Assembly: GCA_025965735.1 (NCBI GenBank)
Contig: JAOPWK010000076.1
Location: forward strand, 1-34,950
DNA from: Frankiales bacterium
GTDB lineage: Bacteria; Actinomycetota; Actinomycetes; Mycobacteriales; SCTD01
Direction: 5' to 3'
Length of the DNA stretch: 34,950 nucleotides
The translations under genes and the position numbers were made by a program. The notes under the pieces were generated by a model, which had not been told where the DNA came from, did not search any database, and saw nothing but the letters and a program-made list of their open reading frames with translations. Shown here piece by piece: positions 1 through 8,820 of the stretch. How positions within the stretch are numbered: the first letter of the stretch is position 1; each line of letters starts with the position of its first letter.

Positions 1-1647
1 GGCTGCGGCCGGAGGTGCCGCCGGCCGGTCCGCGCGCGGCTCCGTCTGCGGCCCACCGGCGGAGAGCCGCTGTGTGCCGCGGACCACCTGCCACGTCGCG
101 TCCAGCCGCTGTCCCTCGGTCGGCTCCAGCACCGTGTCGACGAACAGCCACTCGGCCTGCACCCGCTCGGGGGTGACGTCGAGCAGCACCCAGCCGTTGC
201 TGTCGAGCTCGACGTACTTGGTGTTCGGGTTCTGCACGCGGATCGCCTGCTCGATGCCGATCGAGGTGGTGCGCGGCGGGACGCCGAAGCTCTCGTCGAA
301 GTTGGTGCTCGTGACCGACGGGGTCACGACCTCGACGGCGACCGGTGGGCGCTGCACGTCGTAGGGGTCCTCGCTGAGGTCGTTCGCGAGGGACGCGTGG
401 ATGTCTCCGGTGAGCACCACCACGTCCGGGACCGGCATGCTGCGCAGGAAGCCCAGCAGCCGGTCCCGCTCGGCGGTGTAGCCGTCCCAGATGTCGGCGG
501 CCAGCGCGACGCCCTCGGTGGGCAAGCCGCTCTGGCCGAGGGACGCCAGCGCTGCGCTCACGTCCTGAGGCAGGCCGACGGCGCGGAACTGGCTGATGAG
601 CACCTGGTTCAGCACCAGCTTCCACGTGGCGCGGGAGGCCTGCAGGCTCTGCTCGATCCAGGTGCGCTGGACGGGCGAGTACATCTGTCGCATGGGATCG
701 GAGACCGCGGGGTCGACCACGACCTGGTCGCCGTCGACGCCGGTGAGCTGCTCGCTACGACCCTCCAGCCGGGTGTCGATGACGACCACGTCGACCAGCG
801 CGCCGTACCCGATCCGGCGGTAGATGCGGGATGCGTCTCCGGGTACCGGCAGCCGCACCGGCATCCACTCGTCGTAGGCCTGCTGCGAGACCGCCTTGCG
901 CGTCGGCCACGGCCCCTCGGTCTCCGCGTCGTGGTTGCCCGCACCGTCGACCCAGCTGTCGTTGCTGGACTCGTGGTCGTCCCACGTCGCGACCATCGGG
1001 TGGGCGGCATGCATCCGCTGCAGGTCCGGGTCCGTCTTGTAGTGCGCGTGCCGCTGCCGGTACTCGGCCAGCGTGCGCACCTCCGTCTCCGGCGAGGTGA
1101 GGCGGCCCGGTGCAGCGTCGGCGTCCTGACCGCCCTCGTAGATGTAGTCGCCGCAGTGCAGCACCGCATCCACGTCCGCCTCGGCGATCCGCGCGTAGGC
1201 GTTGAAGTAGCCGCTGTCGTACTTCGCGCAGGTGGCCACCGCGAAGCGCAGCCGGTCCAGCTGCTGCCCGGGCGCCGGCGCCGTGCGGGTGCGGCCGACC
1301 GGCGAGCGGCGGCCCTGCGCCTCGAAGCCGTAGAAGTAGGTCGTGTACGGCGACAGCCCGCCGGCGTCGACCTTGACGGTCCGGTCGCGGGCGGCGACAG
1401 CACGCGTGCTCCCCCGTACGACGACCTGCTGCAGCTGCGGGTCCTTCGCGACCAGCCAGGTGACGGGGACGTCCCGGGTGCTCGTCACGCGCGTCCACAG
1501 CACGACGCGGTCCGGCAGCGGGTCGCCGCTAGCGACGCCGTGCAGGAACGCCACCGCGTCCTGCGCGGACGCCGGTGAGGGCAGCACCGCGCTGCCGGCG
1601 ACGGCGGCAGCAGCGCCGCCCAGGAAGGTGCGGCGGGCAAGGGTCAC
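1..1647 (-). CDS. phoD: PhoD-family alkaline phosphatase/phosphodiesterase, TAT-exported. The 3' end runs off the window, which is why it is absent from the ORF track.
   Basis: My translation of the minus frame from GTG at 1647 gives VTLARRTFLGGAAAAVAGSAVLPSPASAQD, a twin-arginine signal. Downstream are RFAVATCAKYDSGYFNAYARIAEADVDAVLHCGDYIYEG, PMVATWDDHESSNDSW and DVVVLTGDIH (around 397-430), which are typical PhoD metallophosphatase motifs. The frame is open to position 1. Confidence 0.85.
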   Translation of the reverse strand, partial: MTLARRTFLGGAAAAVAGSAVLPSPASAQDAVAFLHGVASGDPLPDRVVLWTRVTSTRDVPVTWLVAKDPQLQQVVVRGSTRAVAARDRTVKVDAGGLSPYTTYFYGFEAQGRRSPVGRTRTAPAPGQQLDRLRFAVATCAKYDSGYFNAYARIAEADVDAVLHCGDYIYEGGQDADAAPGRLTSPETEVRTLAEYRQRHAHYKTDPDLQRMHAAHPMVATWDDHESSNDSWVDGAGNHDAETEGPWPTRKAVSQQAYDEWMPVRLPVPGDASRIYRRIGYGALVDVVVIDTRLEGRSEQLTGVDGDQVVVDPAVSDPMRQMYSPVQRTWIEQSLQASRATWKLVLNQVLISQFRAVGLPQDVSAALASLGQSGLPTEGVALAADIWDGYTAERDRLLGFLRSMPVPDVVVLTGDIHASLANDLSEDPYDVQRPPVAVEVVTPSVTSTNFDESFGVPPRTTSIGIEQAIRVQNPNTKYVELDSNGWVLLDVTPERVQAEWLFVDTVLEPTEGQRLDATWQVVRGTQRLSAGGPQTEPRADRPAAPPAAA

Positions 1648-1693
1648 GGGCGCAGTGTCCGCCAGCGAGGCGTCTCGTGGGGGAGTCGAGCGA

Positions 1694-2695
1694 CTACAGG
1701 ATGGCGAGCCGGGTGACCTCGTAGAAGGCGGCCGCCACGAGCGCGGCGGCCGGGATCGTCAGCACCCAGGCGGTGACGATCGTGCGCGCGACGCCCCAGC
1801 GCACGGCCGACAGCCGCCGGGTCGCGCCGACGCCCATGATCGAGGACGTGATGGTGTGGGTCGTCGAGACCGGCACCTCGTACACGAAGGCGGTCGTGTA
1901 CAGCACGCCGGCCGCGGTGGTCTCGGCGGCGAACCCGCGCGGCGGGTCCAGCTCGATGATGCGGCGGCCGAGGGTGCGCATGATGCGCCAGCCGCCGGCG
2001 TAGGTGCCGGCGCTGATGGCGAGCGCAGCGGAGAGCTTCACCCAGAGCGGGACGTCGAAGTCGTCCTGCGAGCCGTAGGTGACCAGCGCCAGGACGATGA
2101 CGCCCATGGTCTTCTGCGCGTCCTGAAGGCCGTGCCCGAAAGCCATGGCCGCAGCAGACACGATCTGCGCCTTGCGGAAGCCGCGGTTCATCTTCGAGGG
2201 AGCGGCACGCCGGAAGCCCCACAGGATGGCCAGCATCAGCAGGTAGGCGATGCCGAAGCCGATCAGCGGCGACAGCACCATCGGGATCAGCACCTTGTCC
2301 ACCACGCCCATCCACTGGACGTCGCTGGAGGCTGCCAGCGCAGCCCCGACCAGGCCGCCGATGAGGGCGTGGCTGGAGGAGGACGGCAGGCCGAAGTACC
2401 AGGTGATGAGGTTCCAGGTGATGGCTCCGACGACCGCGCTGAACACCAGCACGAGCCCGACGCTGCCTTGCGGCGCCTCGATGATCCCGGAACCGACGGT
2501 CTTGGCCACGCCGGTCGCGACCAGGGCGCCGAGCAGGTTCGCCACCGCCGCCATGCCGAGCGCCGCGCGCGGCGTGAGCGCACGGGTGGAGATCGCCGTG
2601 GCGATGGCGTTCGCGGCGTCGTGGAAGCCGTTGGTGTAGTCGAAGGCGAGGGCGATCGCGACGATCGCGATCAGCCCGAGGAGCTCCGGGGACAC
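1694..2695 (-). CDS. pit: Inorganic phosphate transporter, PiT family
   Basis: 333-aa ORF with MSPELLGLIAIVAIALAFDYTNGFHDAANAIATAISTRAL..., the PiT signature (GFHDAANAIAT), and a polytopic profile. GTG start lies 4 nt after the DUF47 stop, with AAGGAG upstream. Confidence 0.93.
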   Translation of the reverse strand: MSPELLGLIAIVAIALAFDYTNGFHDAANAIATAISTRALTPRAALGMAAVANLLGALVATGVAKTVGSGIIEAPQGSVGLVLVFSAVVGAITWNLITWYFGLPSSSSHALIGGLVGAALAASSDVQWMGVVDKVLIPMVLSPLIGFGIAYLLMLAILWGFRRAAPSKMNRGFRKAQIVSAAAMAFGHGLQDAQKTMGVIVLALVTYGSQDDFDVPLWVKLSAALAISAGTYAGGWRIMRTLGRRIIELDPPRGFAAETTAAGVLYTTAFVYEVPVSTTHTITSSIMGVGATRRLSAVRWGVARTIVTAWVLTIPAAALVAAAFYEVTRLAIL

Positions 2696-2699
2696 AGCC

Positions 2700-3323
2700 C
2701 TAGGACTCCTTGAGCGCGATGGTCTCGACGGTGTCCGCCACGTCCTCGAGCGCGTCCGCCGCCGCCTCGACCTGGTCGGCGAGGTCCTTCAGCTTGATGG
2801 CCATGAGCGCGTCGTACTGGCCGTTGAACAGCTTCGCGACCGTGCGCCGGTAGAGCTGGTCGGCCTCGTTCTCCAGCCGGTTGACCTCGATCCAGTACTC
2901 CTCGAGGCCCTTCATCCCCTGCAGCCTCGGCATCGCGTCGGCGGTCGCGTGCGCGGCCTTGCAGAGCACCTGTACGACCTCGCGGGTGCTCTCCGGCAGC
3001 TCGTCCAGCTCGTACAGCAGCACCAGGTCGGCGGCGGCCTCCATGTAGTCGACGACGTCGTCGAGCTGCGCGGTCAGCCGGTAGATGTCCTCGCGGTCGA
3101 ACGGGGTCACGAAGGTGCTGTTGAGCTTGCGCATCACCTCGTGGGTGACCTCGTCGTTCGCGTGCTCGATGTCGCGCATCCGCTGGTTCAGCGCACCGCG
3201 CTCGGAGACCGAGCGGGTCTCCACGATCTGCGCGAGCACCTCGGCCGCGTCGACGATGTTGCGGGCGGAGGCGGCGAACTGGTCGTAGAACGACGTGTCG
3301 CGGGGGGTCAGGCGCAGGCGCAC
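2700..3323 (-). CDS. DUF47 / PhoU-like phosphate transport regulator, the usual Pit partner
   Basis: ...TPRDTSFYDQFAASARNIVDAAEVLAQIVE...FDREDIYRLTAQLDDVVDYMEAAADL... matches the DUF47 family. The ORF extends to 3431, but GTG at 3323 gives the family-typical 207 aa. Confidence 0.85.
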   Translation of the reverse strand: MRLRLTPRDTSFYDQFAASARNIVDAAEVLAQIVETRSVSERGALNQRMRDIEHANDEVTHEVMRKLNSTFVTPFDREDIYRLTAQLDDVVDYMEAAADLVLLYELDELPESTREVVQVLCKAAHATADAMPRLQGMKGLEEYWIEVNRLENEADQLYRRTVAKLFNGQYDALMAIKLKDLADQVEAAADALEDVADTVETIALKES

Positions 3324-3486
3324 GGGGACCTCGAGGTCGTCGGCGGATCGTCCAGGGCCGGCCGGGTGCGGCGGCAGGCCTGAGCGTAGGACCAGAGGTG
3401 ATCGACCCGCGCCCGGGGTGGCAGACGTCACGCTGCTGCGGCGACCTCCCGCCGTGACACTGGAAGCCCCTGCTCCCGGAGTCCTC

Positions 3487-5664
3487 GTGCGCGCGCTCGC
3501 CCTGTTCAGCTTCCGCCGCCGGCGGCTCGTCCTGGCGCTCTGGCTGCTGCTGCTGGCCGTGGTCGGCGGCGCACTCGGCGCGGTGGGCGCCGGCTACGAC
3601 GACTCGTTCACGCTGCCGGACACCGAGAGCGCGCGCGCCTTCGAGCTGCTCGAGCGGGTGAGCCCGGCGGCCAGCGGCGACACCCTCACCGCAGTCTTCG
3701 CCGCGCAGGACGGCCGGGTCACCGATCCGGGCGTCCGACCGGCGGTGGAGGCGGTGCTGCGCGAGCTCGACGGGCTCGAGCAGGTCGTTGCGGTCGGCTC
3801 CCCGTACGACGCACCGCAGCAGGTCTCGCAGGACGGGCGCATCGCCTTCGCGACGCTGACCCTCACCGGGCTGGTGCCGAACGACGTCAGCCACGCCCAG
3901 GTCGACGAGGTGCTCGAGATCGCCGCTGAGCCGCGCGAGGGCGTGCGCGTGGAGGTCACCGGGCAGGCCGCGACGGCGCCTCCGGAGCAGGGCAAGGAGG
4001 AGCTGATCGGGCTGACGGCGGCGGCCGTCGTGCTGTTCCTGGTGTTCGGCTCGCTCACTGCGATGTCGCTCCCGCTCATCACGGCCGTGCTGTCCATCGC
4101 CGTCTCCCTCGCCGGCGTCGGCCTGCTCGCGAACCTCATCACCATCGCCACCTTCGCGCCGACGCTCTCGGTCCTGCTCGGGCTCGGCGTCGGCATCGAC
4201 TACGCGCTGTTCATCGTGACGCGGTACCGGCAGGGTCTGCTCGAGGGCAGGACACCCGAGGAGGCGACCGCCATCGCGATCGACACCTCCGGCCGTGCGG
4301 TGCTCTTCGCCGGCATCACCGTCTGCATCGCGCTTCTCGGCCTGTTCGCGCTGGGGCTGTCCTTCCTGTACGGCGTGGCCGTCGCGGCCTCTCTCGCCGT
4401 CGCGACCACCGTTCTGGCGTCGCTGACGCTGCTGCCCGCGCTGCTCGGGTTCTTCGGCCGCAAGGTGCTGCCGCGCCGCAAGCGCGCGCTGGCGACGGGC
4501 TCGCCCGAGGACCTGCAGGAGGAGACCCGCGGCTGGCAGCGCTGGGCCGCCTTCGTCGACCGCCGCCCCCGGCTGGTCGCCCTGACGGCGCTCGGCCTCA
4601 TGGTGCTCATCGCGCTGCCGCTGGCCAGCCTGCGCCTCGGCCTGACCGACCAGGGCAGCAACCCCGAGGACACCACGACGCGGCAGGGCTACGACCTGCT
4701 GGCCGAGGGCTTCGGCGCGGGCTTCAACGGGCCGCTGCTCGTCGTTACCGACCTCGGCGACACGGCCGATCCCGCGCCCACGCAGCAGCTGGTGAAGGCG
4801 CTGCAGGCCGATGAGGACGTGGCCGCCGTGACGCCCACCGTGTACCTTGGCGGCCCGCAGCCCGGCGTCCCCGCCGAGGGCGGCGTCGGCATCACCACCG
4901 TCTACCCGGCCTCCGCGCCGCAGGACGAGGCGACCAGCGACCTGGTGGAACGGGTGCGGACGGACCTCGTGCCGGACGCGCGCGGCGACAGCGGGCAGGA
5001 GCTGCTGGTCGGCGGCTCGACGGCGGTGTTCAACGACTTCAGCCAGGTCATCGCCGACAAGCTGCCGCTGTTCGTCGGCGTCGTGGTGCTGCTCAGCTTC
5101 CTTCTGCTCACGATGGTCTTCCGCAGCCTGGTCGTGAGCACGGTGGCGGCGCTGATGAACCTGCTGTCGGCCGCCGCGGCCTTCGGCGTCATCGTGGCGG
5201 TCTTCCAGTGGGGCTACGGCCTCTCGCTGATCGGCGTCGACCGTACCGGCCCGATCCTGGCGTTCCTGCCGGTGATCCTGTTCGCCATCCTGTTCGGCCT
5301 GTCCATGGACTACGAGGTCTTCCTGCTGTCACGCATCCACGAGGAGTGGCTGCACCGCGGCGACAACCGGCAGGCGGTCCTGCACGGCCTGGCCGCCACG
5401 GGCCGCACGATCACGGCGGCCGCGGCCATCATGGTGATGCTCTTCCTGGCCTTCGTGGTCGGACCCGACCTCACCATCAAGCTGTTCGGGCTCGGGCTCG
5501 CGGTGGCCGTGTTCCTGGACGCGGTCGTCATCCGCAGCGTGCTCGTGCCCGCCGTGATGCTCGTGCTGGGCAAGGTGAACTGGTACCTGCCGGCCTGGAT
5601 GGACCGCGTCCTGCCGCAGGTCTCGGTCGAGGGCCCCGCCCCGGAGCCGGCGCTCGCGGACTAG
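3487..5664 (+). CDS. MMPL/RND-superfamily membrane transporter (paralog 1)
   Basis: VRALALFSFRRRRLVLALWLLLLAVVGG N-terminus, GIDYALFIVTRYRQ and FGLSMDYEVFLLSRIHE motifs, and two 6-TM bundles. GTG 3487 has GGAG 5 nt upstream. The track ORF starts at 3295 and overlaps the divergent DUF47 gene; an alternative GTG is at 3454. Confidence 0.85.
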   Translation: MRALALFSFRRRRLVLALWLLLLAVVGGALGAVGAGYDDSFTLPDTESARAFELLERVSPAASGDTLTAVFAAQDGRVTDPGVRPAVEAVLRELDGLEQVVAVGSPYDAPQQVSQDGRIAFATLTLTGLVPNDVSHAQVDEVLEIAAEPREGVRVEVTGQAATAPPEQGKEELIGLTAAAVVLFLVFGSLTAMSLPLITAVLSIAVSLAGVGLLANLITIATFAPTLSVLLGLGVGIDYALFIVTRYRQGLLEGRTPEEATAIAIDTSGRAVLFAGITVCIALLGLFALGLSFLYGVAVAASLAVATTVLASLTLLPALLGFFGRKVLPRRKRALATGSPEDLQEETRGWQRWAAFVDRRPRLVALTALGLMVLIALPLASLRLGLTDQGSNPEDTTTRQGYDLLAEGFGAGFNGPLLVVTDLGDTADPAPTQQLVKALQADEDVAAVTPTVYLGGPQPGVPAEGGVGITTVYPASAPQDEATSDLVERVRTDLVPDARGDSGQELLVGGSTAVFNDFSQVIADKLPLFVGVVVLLSFLLLTMVFRSLVVSTVAALMNLLSAAAAFGVIVAVFQWGYGLSLIGVDRTGPILAFLPVILFAILFGLSMDYEVFLLSRIHEEWLHRGDNRQAVLHGLAATGRTITAAAAIMVMLFLAFVVGPDLTIKLFGLGLAVAVFLDAVVIRSVLVPAVMLVLGKVNWYLPAWMDRVLPQVSVEGPAPEPALAD

Positions 5665-6380
5665 GCGGGAGCGCGCCGGGCGGTCAGGGCGAGGCGCGCC
5701 TCCTGCGGCACGTCGGTGATGACGGCCTGCACGCCCAGCAGCGCGCACCGGCGCAGGTCCTCCGGGCGGTTGACGGTCCACGGGATGACCGCGACACCGG
5801 CCTGCCGCGCGGCGGCCACCGTCTCCGGCTGCGCCATGAGGTCGCTGATGTGCGGGTGCACCTGGTCGTGCCCGCCGAGGAGCGCGCGGCGCAGCACCGC
5901 GGTGGCCAGGCAGCCGGTGTCGCCGAGCAGCGCCGTGCGCAGGCCCAGGTGCGCCGGCGTCAGCGTGCGGACAGCACGCACGAGCGCGGCGTCGAACGAG
6001 GAGACCGTCACGTCCAGCGGCAGACCGGCCGAGTGCAGGACGAGCAGCCGCTCCACCAGCAGCTGCGCGCTGCGGACGGGCGCGGTCTTGAGCTCGAGCA
6101 CGACGTGGCGGCCGGCCGCAGCGGCCAGCACCCACTCCACCCGCGCCAGACCGGGTGCGGCCGCGCGCAGCTCGTCCCAGCCGGTGGTGGACACCGGCAG
6201 CGGCTGCGTGCCGACGCGGCCGAGATCTGGGTCGTGGCAGACGGCGAGCACGCCGTCCGCGGTCATCCGCAGGTCGACCTCGACGCCGTCGGCGCCGGCG
6301 GCCAGGGCCCCGCTGATCGCGGGGATGGTGTTCTCGTTGGTGCCGGACGTGGGCGAGCCGCGGTGGGCCAGGATGCGCAC
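5661..6380 (-). CDS. Glycerophosphodiester phosphodiesterase (GDPD family)
   Basis: (V)RILAHRGSPTSGTNENTIPAISGALAAGADGVEVDLRMTADGVLAVCHDPDL carries the GDPD HRG...E.D...T.D...HD signature. GTG start. The stop overlaps the MMPL1 stop in CTAG. Confidence 0.88.
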   Translation of the reverse strand: MRILAHRGSPTSGTNENTIPAISGALAAGADGVEVDLRMTADGVLAVCHDPDLGRVGTQPLPVSTTGWDELRAAAPGLARVEWVLAAAAGRHVVLELKTAPVRSAQLLVERLLVLHSAGLPLDVTVSSFDAALVRAVRTLTPAHLGLRTALLGDTGCLATAVLRRALLGGHDQVHPHISDLMAQPETVAAARQAGVAVIPWTVNRPEDLRRCALLGVQAVITDVPQEARLALTARRAPA

Positions 6381-6530
6381 GCCCCGAGGCTGACGGCCGC
6401 AGGTGTCCGGATGCCCCGGCCCAGGTGTCCAGCAGGAGCAGAGCGGGCGACGGTCCGGTGCTGCTGCTGCTCCGCCTGCACCGGGCAGCCGCCGGCGAGC
6501 ATGCGCACCTGCCTCTTGCGTCGTCGGCTT

Positions 6531-6553
6531 AACATCGCTAACTTACCGCTGTT
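6531..6553. promoter_or_regulatory. 23-bp imperfect palindrome, candidate TetR-type operator in the GDPD/MMPL2 divergent intergenic region
   Basis: AACATCGCTAA-C-TTACCGCTGTT has 9 of 11 arm positions complementary. It sits in the only AT-richer patch of the 6381-6579 intergenic region, 27 nt upstream of the MMPL2 GTG. Confidence 0.45.
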
Positions 6554-6579
6554 CATCATCGAGAGCTGCTGGGGGAACC

Positions 6580-8820
6580 GTGCTGCTGACCCGCCTCGCC
6601 GGCCTGGCGGTTGCCCGCCGGCGGATCGTCCTCGTCACGACCGCGCTGTTCCTCGCACTGGCCGGGGTCCTGGGCGGCGGCGTCGCCGCGGAGCTGTCCG
6701 GGGGCGGTTTCGACGACCCCGACGCCGAGTCCGTCCGCGCGGCGCAGCTCCTGGAGGAGCAGTTCGGTAGCGGTGTCCCGAACCTGGTGCTGCTGGCCGA
6801 GGCCCGCGCCGGCGTGGACGACCCGGCGGCGGTCGCCGCCGGGGAGGCGCTCGTGAAGCGACTGTCCGCCGAGCCGGGGGTCGTGCAGGTCACCAGCTGG
6901 TGGACCTCCGGCCGACCCGACTCGCTCAAGGCCCAGGACGGCAGCAGCGCTGTGGTGCTGGCGCGGCTCACCGGCGGTGACGAGACTGCCGTCGACCGGG
7001 TCGAGGAGCTGGCGCCGTCGTACCGCGGGAACTTCCAGGGCCTGCAGGTCCAGGTCGGTGGCCAGGCGGAGGTGTTCTCCGAGGTCGGCCACACCATCGA
7101 GCGCGACATCCTGCGGGCCGAGGCGATCGCCATCCCGATCACGATGGTGCTGCTCGTGATCGTGTTCGGCAGCGCCGTCGCCGCCGCCCTGCCGCTGCTC
7201 ATCGGCGTGATGTCGATCCTGGGGACGTTCCTCGTCCTGCACCTGCTCGCCAAGACCACCGACGTGTCCGTCTACTCCGTCAACCTCGCCACCTCGCTCG
7301 GCCTGGGGCTCGGCATCGACTACGCGCTGTTCATGGTGACCCGGCACCGCGAGGAGCTGGCCCGCGGGCTGAGCGTTCCCGCCGCCGTCATCGCGACGGT
7401 GCGGACCGCCGGCCGCACCGTGCTGTTCAGCGCGTTGACCGTGCTGCTGAGCCTGTCCGCGCTGCTCGTCTTCCCGCTCTACTTCCTGCGCTCGTTCGCC
7501 TACGCGGGCATCGCGGCCGTGGTGTTCGCGGCGCTGGGAGCGGTGGTCGTGCTGCCCGCGGCACTGGCCGCCCTGGGGCACCGCGTGGACAGCCTCGACC
7601 TGCGGCGCCCGCTGCGGCGGCTGCTGGGCCTGCCGGCGCCGCGCCCCAAGGCGCTGGACGAGGGCTTCTGGAGTCGCATCGCGCACGGCGTCATGCGCCG
7701 GCCGCTGCCCGTCGCCACGTCCGTCGTCGCGCTGCTGCTGCTCGCGGCGGTGCCCTTCGGCAGCGTCGTCTTCGGCCTGCCCGACGATCGGGTGCTGCCC
7801 AAGGACGCCCCCGCCTTCCAGGTCGCGGAGACCCTGCGCGCGGAGTACCCGGGCCGGGAGTCGCAGGCGCTCAGCGTCGTCGCGCCCCGTGCCTCCGGTG
7901 ACCCCGCCTCGTACGCCAGGGCGCTGTCCGTGGTCGACGGCGTGGAGCGGGTCGACGCCGCCACCGGCAGCTGGGTCGGCGGCCGGCAGGTCACCGAGCA
8001 GGGCACACGGGGCATGGCCGCCGGCGGCGGCACCTTCCTGCGCGTCGTGCCGTCGGTGGAGTCGTACGGACCGGAGGGCGAGCAGCTGGTCCGCGACGTA
8101 CGCGCGGTCCCGTCGCCGATCGGCGAGGTGCTCGTCGAGGGCCAGGCGGCCAGCCTGGTCGACACCAAGTCCTCGCTGCGGGCCGACCTGCCGCTGGCGC
8201 TCGGGCTCATCTTCGGGACGACCTTCGTGCTGCTGTTCCTGTTCACCGGCAGCCTGCTGATCCCCGTGAAGGCACTGGTGCTCAACGTGCTGTCGCTGTG
8301 CGCGACGTTCGGCGCGATGGTCTGGGTGTTCCAGCAGGGCAACCTCATCGGACTGGTCGGCGACCCGGTGGTCACCGGAACGCTCGACACGACGATCCCG
8401 ATCCTCATGTTCTGCCTGCTGTTCGGGCTGTCGATGGACTACGAGGTCTTCCTGCTGTCGCGCATCAAGGAGGTGTGGGACCAGACCGGCGACAACACCC
8501 GTGCGGTGGCCGTCGGCCTGCAGCGGACCGGGAGGATCGTCACCGCCGCCGCGGGGCTGCTCGCGATCGTGTTCCTCGCCTTCATCAGCAGCGACATCAG
8601 CTTCATCAAGCTGCTCGGCCTCGGGACCGCGCTCGCGATCGTGGTGGACGCAACGTTGATCCGCGGCGCGCTGGTCCCGGCCTTCATGCGCCTGGCCGGC
8701 CGGGCGAACTGGTGGGCTCCCGCACCCCTGCGACGGCTGCACGACCGCTTCGGCCTGAGCGAGGCGGAGCCGGTGAGGGAGGATGTGGTCGTGCCCCCTC
8801 GCGTACCCGCCGGTGTCTGA
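6580..8820 (+). CDS. MMPL/RND-superfamily membrane transporter (paralog 2)
   Basis: VLLTRLAGLAVARRRIVLVTTALFLALAGVLGG N-terminus, GIDYALFMVTRHRE and FGLSMDYEVFLLSRIKE. GTG 6580 is in frame with the 6403 track ORF and is preceded by GGGGGA. Confidence 0.85.
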   Translation: MLLTRLAGLAVARRRIVLVTTALFLALAGVLGGGVAAELSGGGFDDPDAESVRAAQLLEEQFGSGVPNLVLLAEARAGVDDPAAVAAGEALVKRLSAEPGVVQVTSWWTSGRPDSLKAQDGSSAVVLARLTGGDETAVDRVEELAPSYRGNFQGLQVQVGGQAEVFSEVGHTIERDILRAEAIAIPITMVLLVIVFGSAVAAALPLLIGVMSILGTFLVLHLLAKTTDVSVYSVNLATSLGLGLGIDYALFMVTRHREELARGLSVPAAVIATVRTAGRTVLFSALTVLLSLSALLVFPLYFLRSFAYAGIAAVVFAALGAVVVLPAALAALGHRVDSLDLRRPLRRLLGLPAPRPKALDEGFWSRIAHGVMRRPLPVATSVVALLLLAAVPFGSVVFGLPDDRVLPKDAPAFQVAETLRAEYPGRESQALSVVAPRASGDPASYARALSVVDGVERVDAATGSWVGGRQVTEQGTRGMAAGGGTFLRVVPSVESYGPEGEQLVRDVRAVPSPIGEVLVEGQAASLVDTKSSLRADLPLALGLIFGTTFVLLFLFTGSLLIPVKALVLNVLSLCATFGAMVWVFQQGNLIGLVGDPVVTGTLDTTIPILMFCLLFGLSMDYEVFLLSRIKEVWDQTGDNTRAVAVGLQRTGRIVTAAAGLLAIVFLAFISSDISFIKLLGLGTALAIVVDATLIRGALVPAFMRLAGRANWWAPAPLRRLHDRFGLSEAEPVREDVVVPPRVPAGV

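Noticed and set aside
397-1578. Track ORFs 397-1578 (+), 609-1403 (-) and 755-1498 (-)
   Set aside because: None shows motifs. The third minus frame, open to the window edge and therefore missing from the track, encodes a textbook PhoD with a TAT signal.
3324-3486. Possible PhoP PHO-box direct repeats upstream of DUF47-pit
   Set aside because: I looked for 11-nt-spaced GTTCACC-like repeats on both strands. Only a single weak GGTGATC-type hit was found, which is not enough to call.
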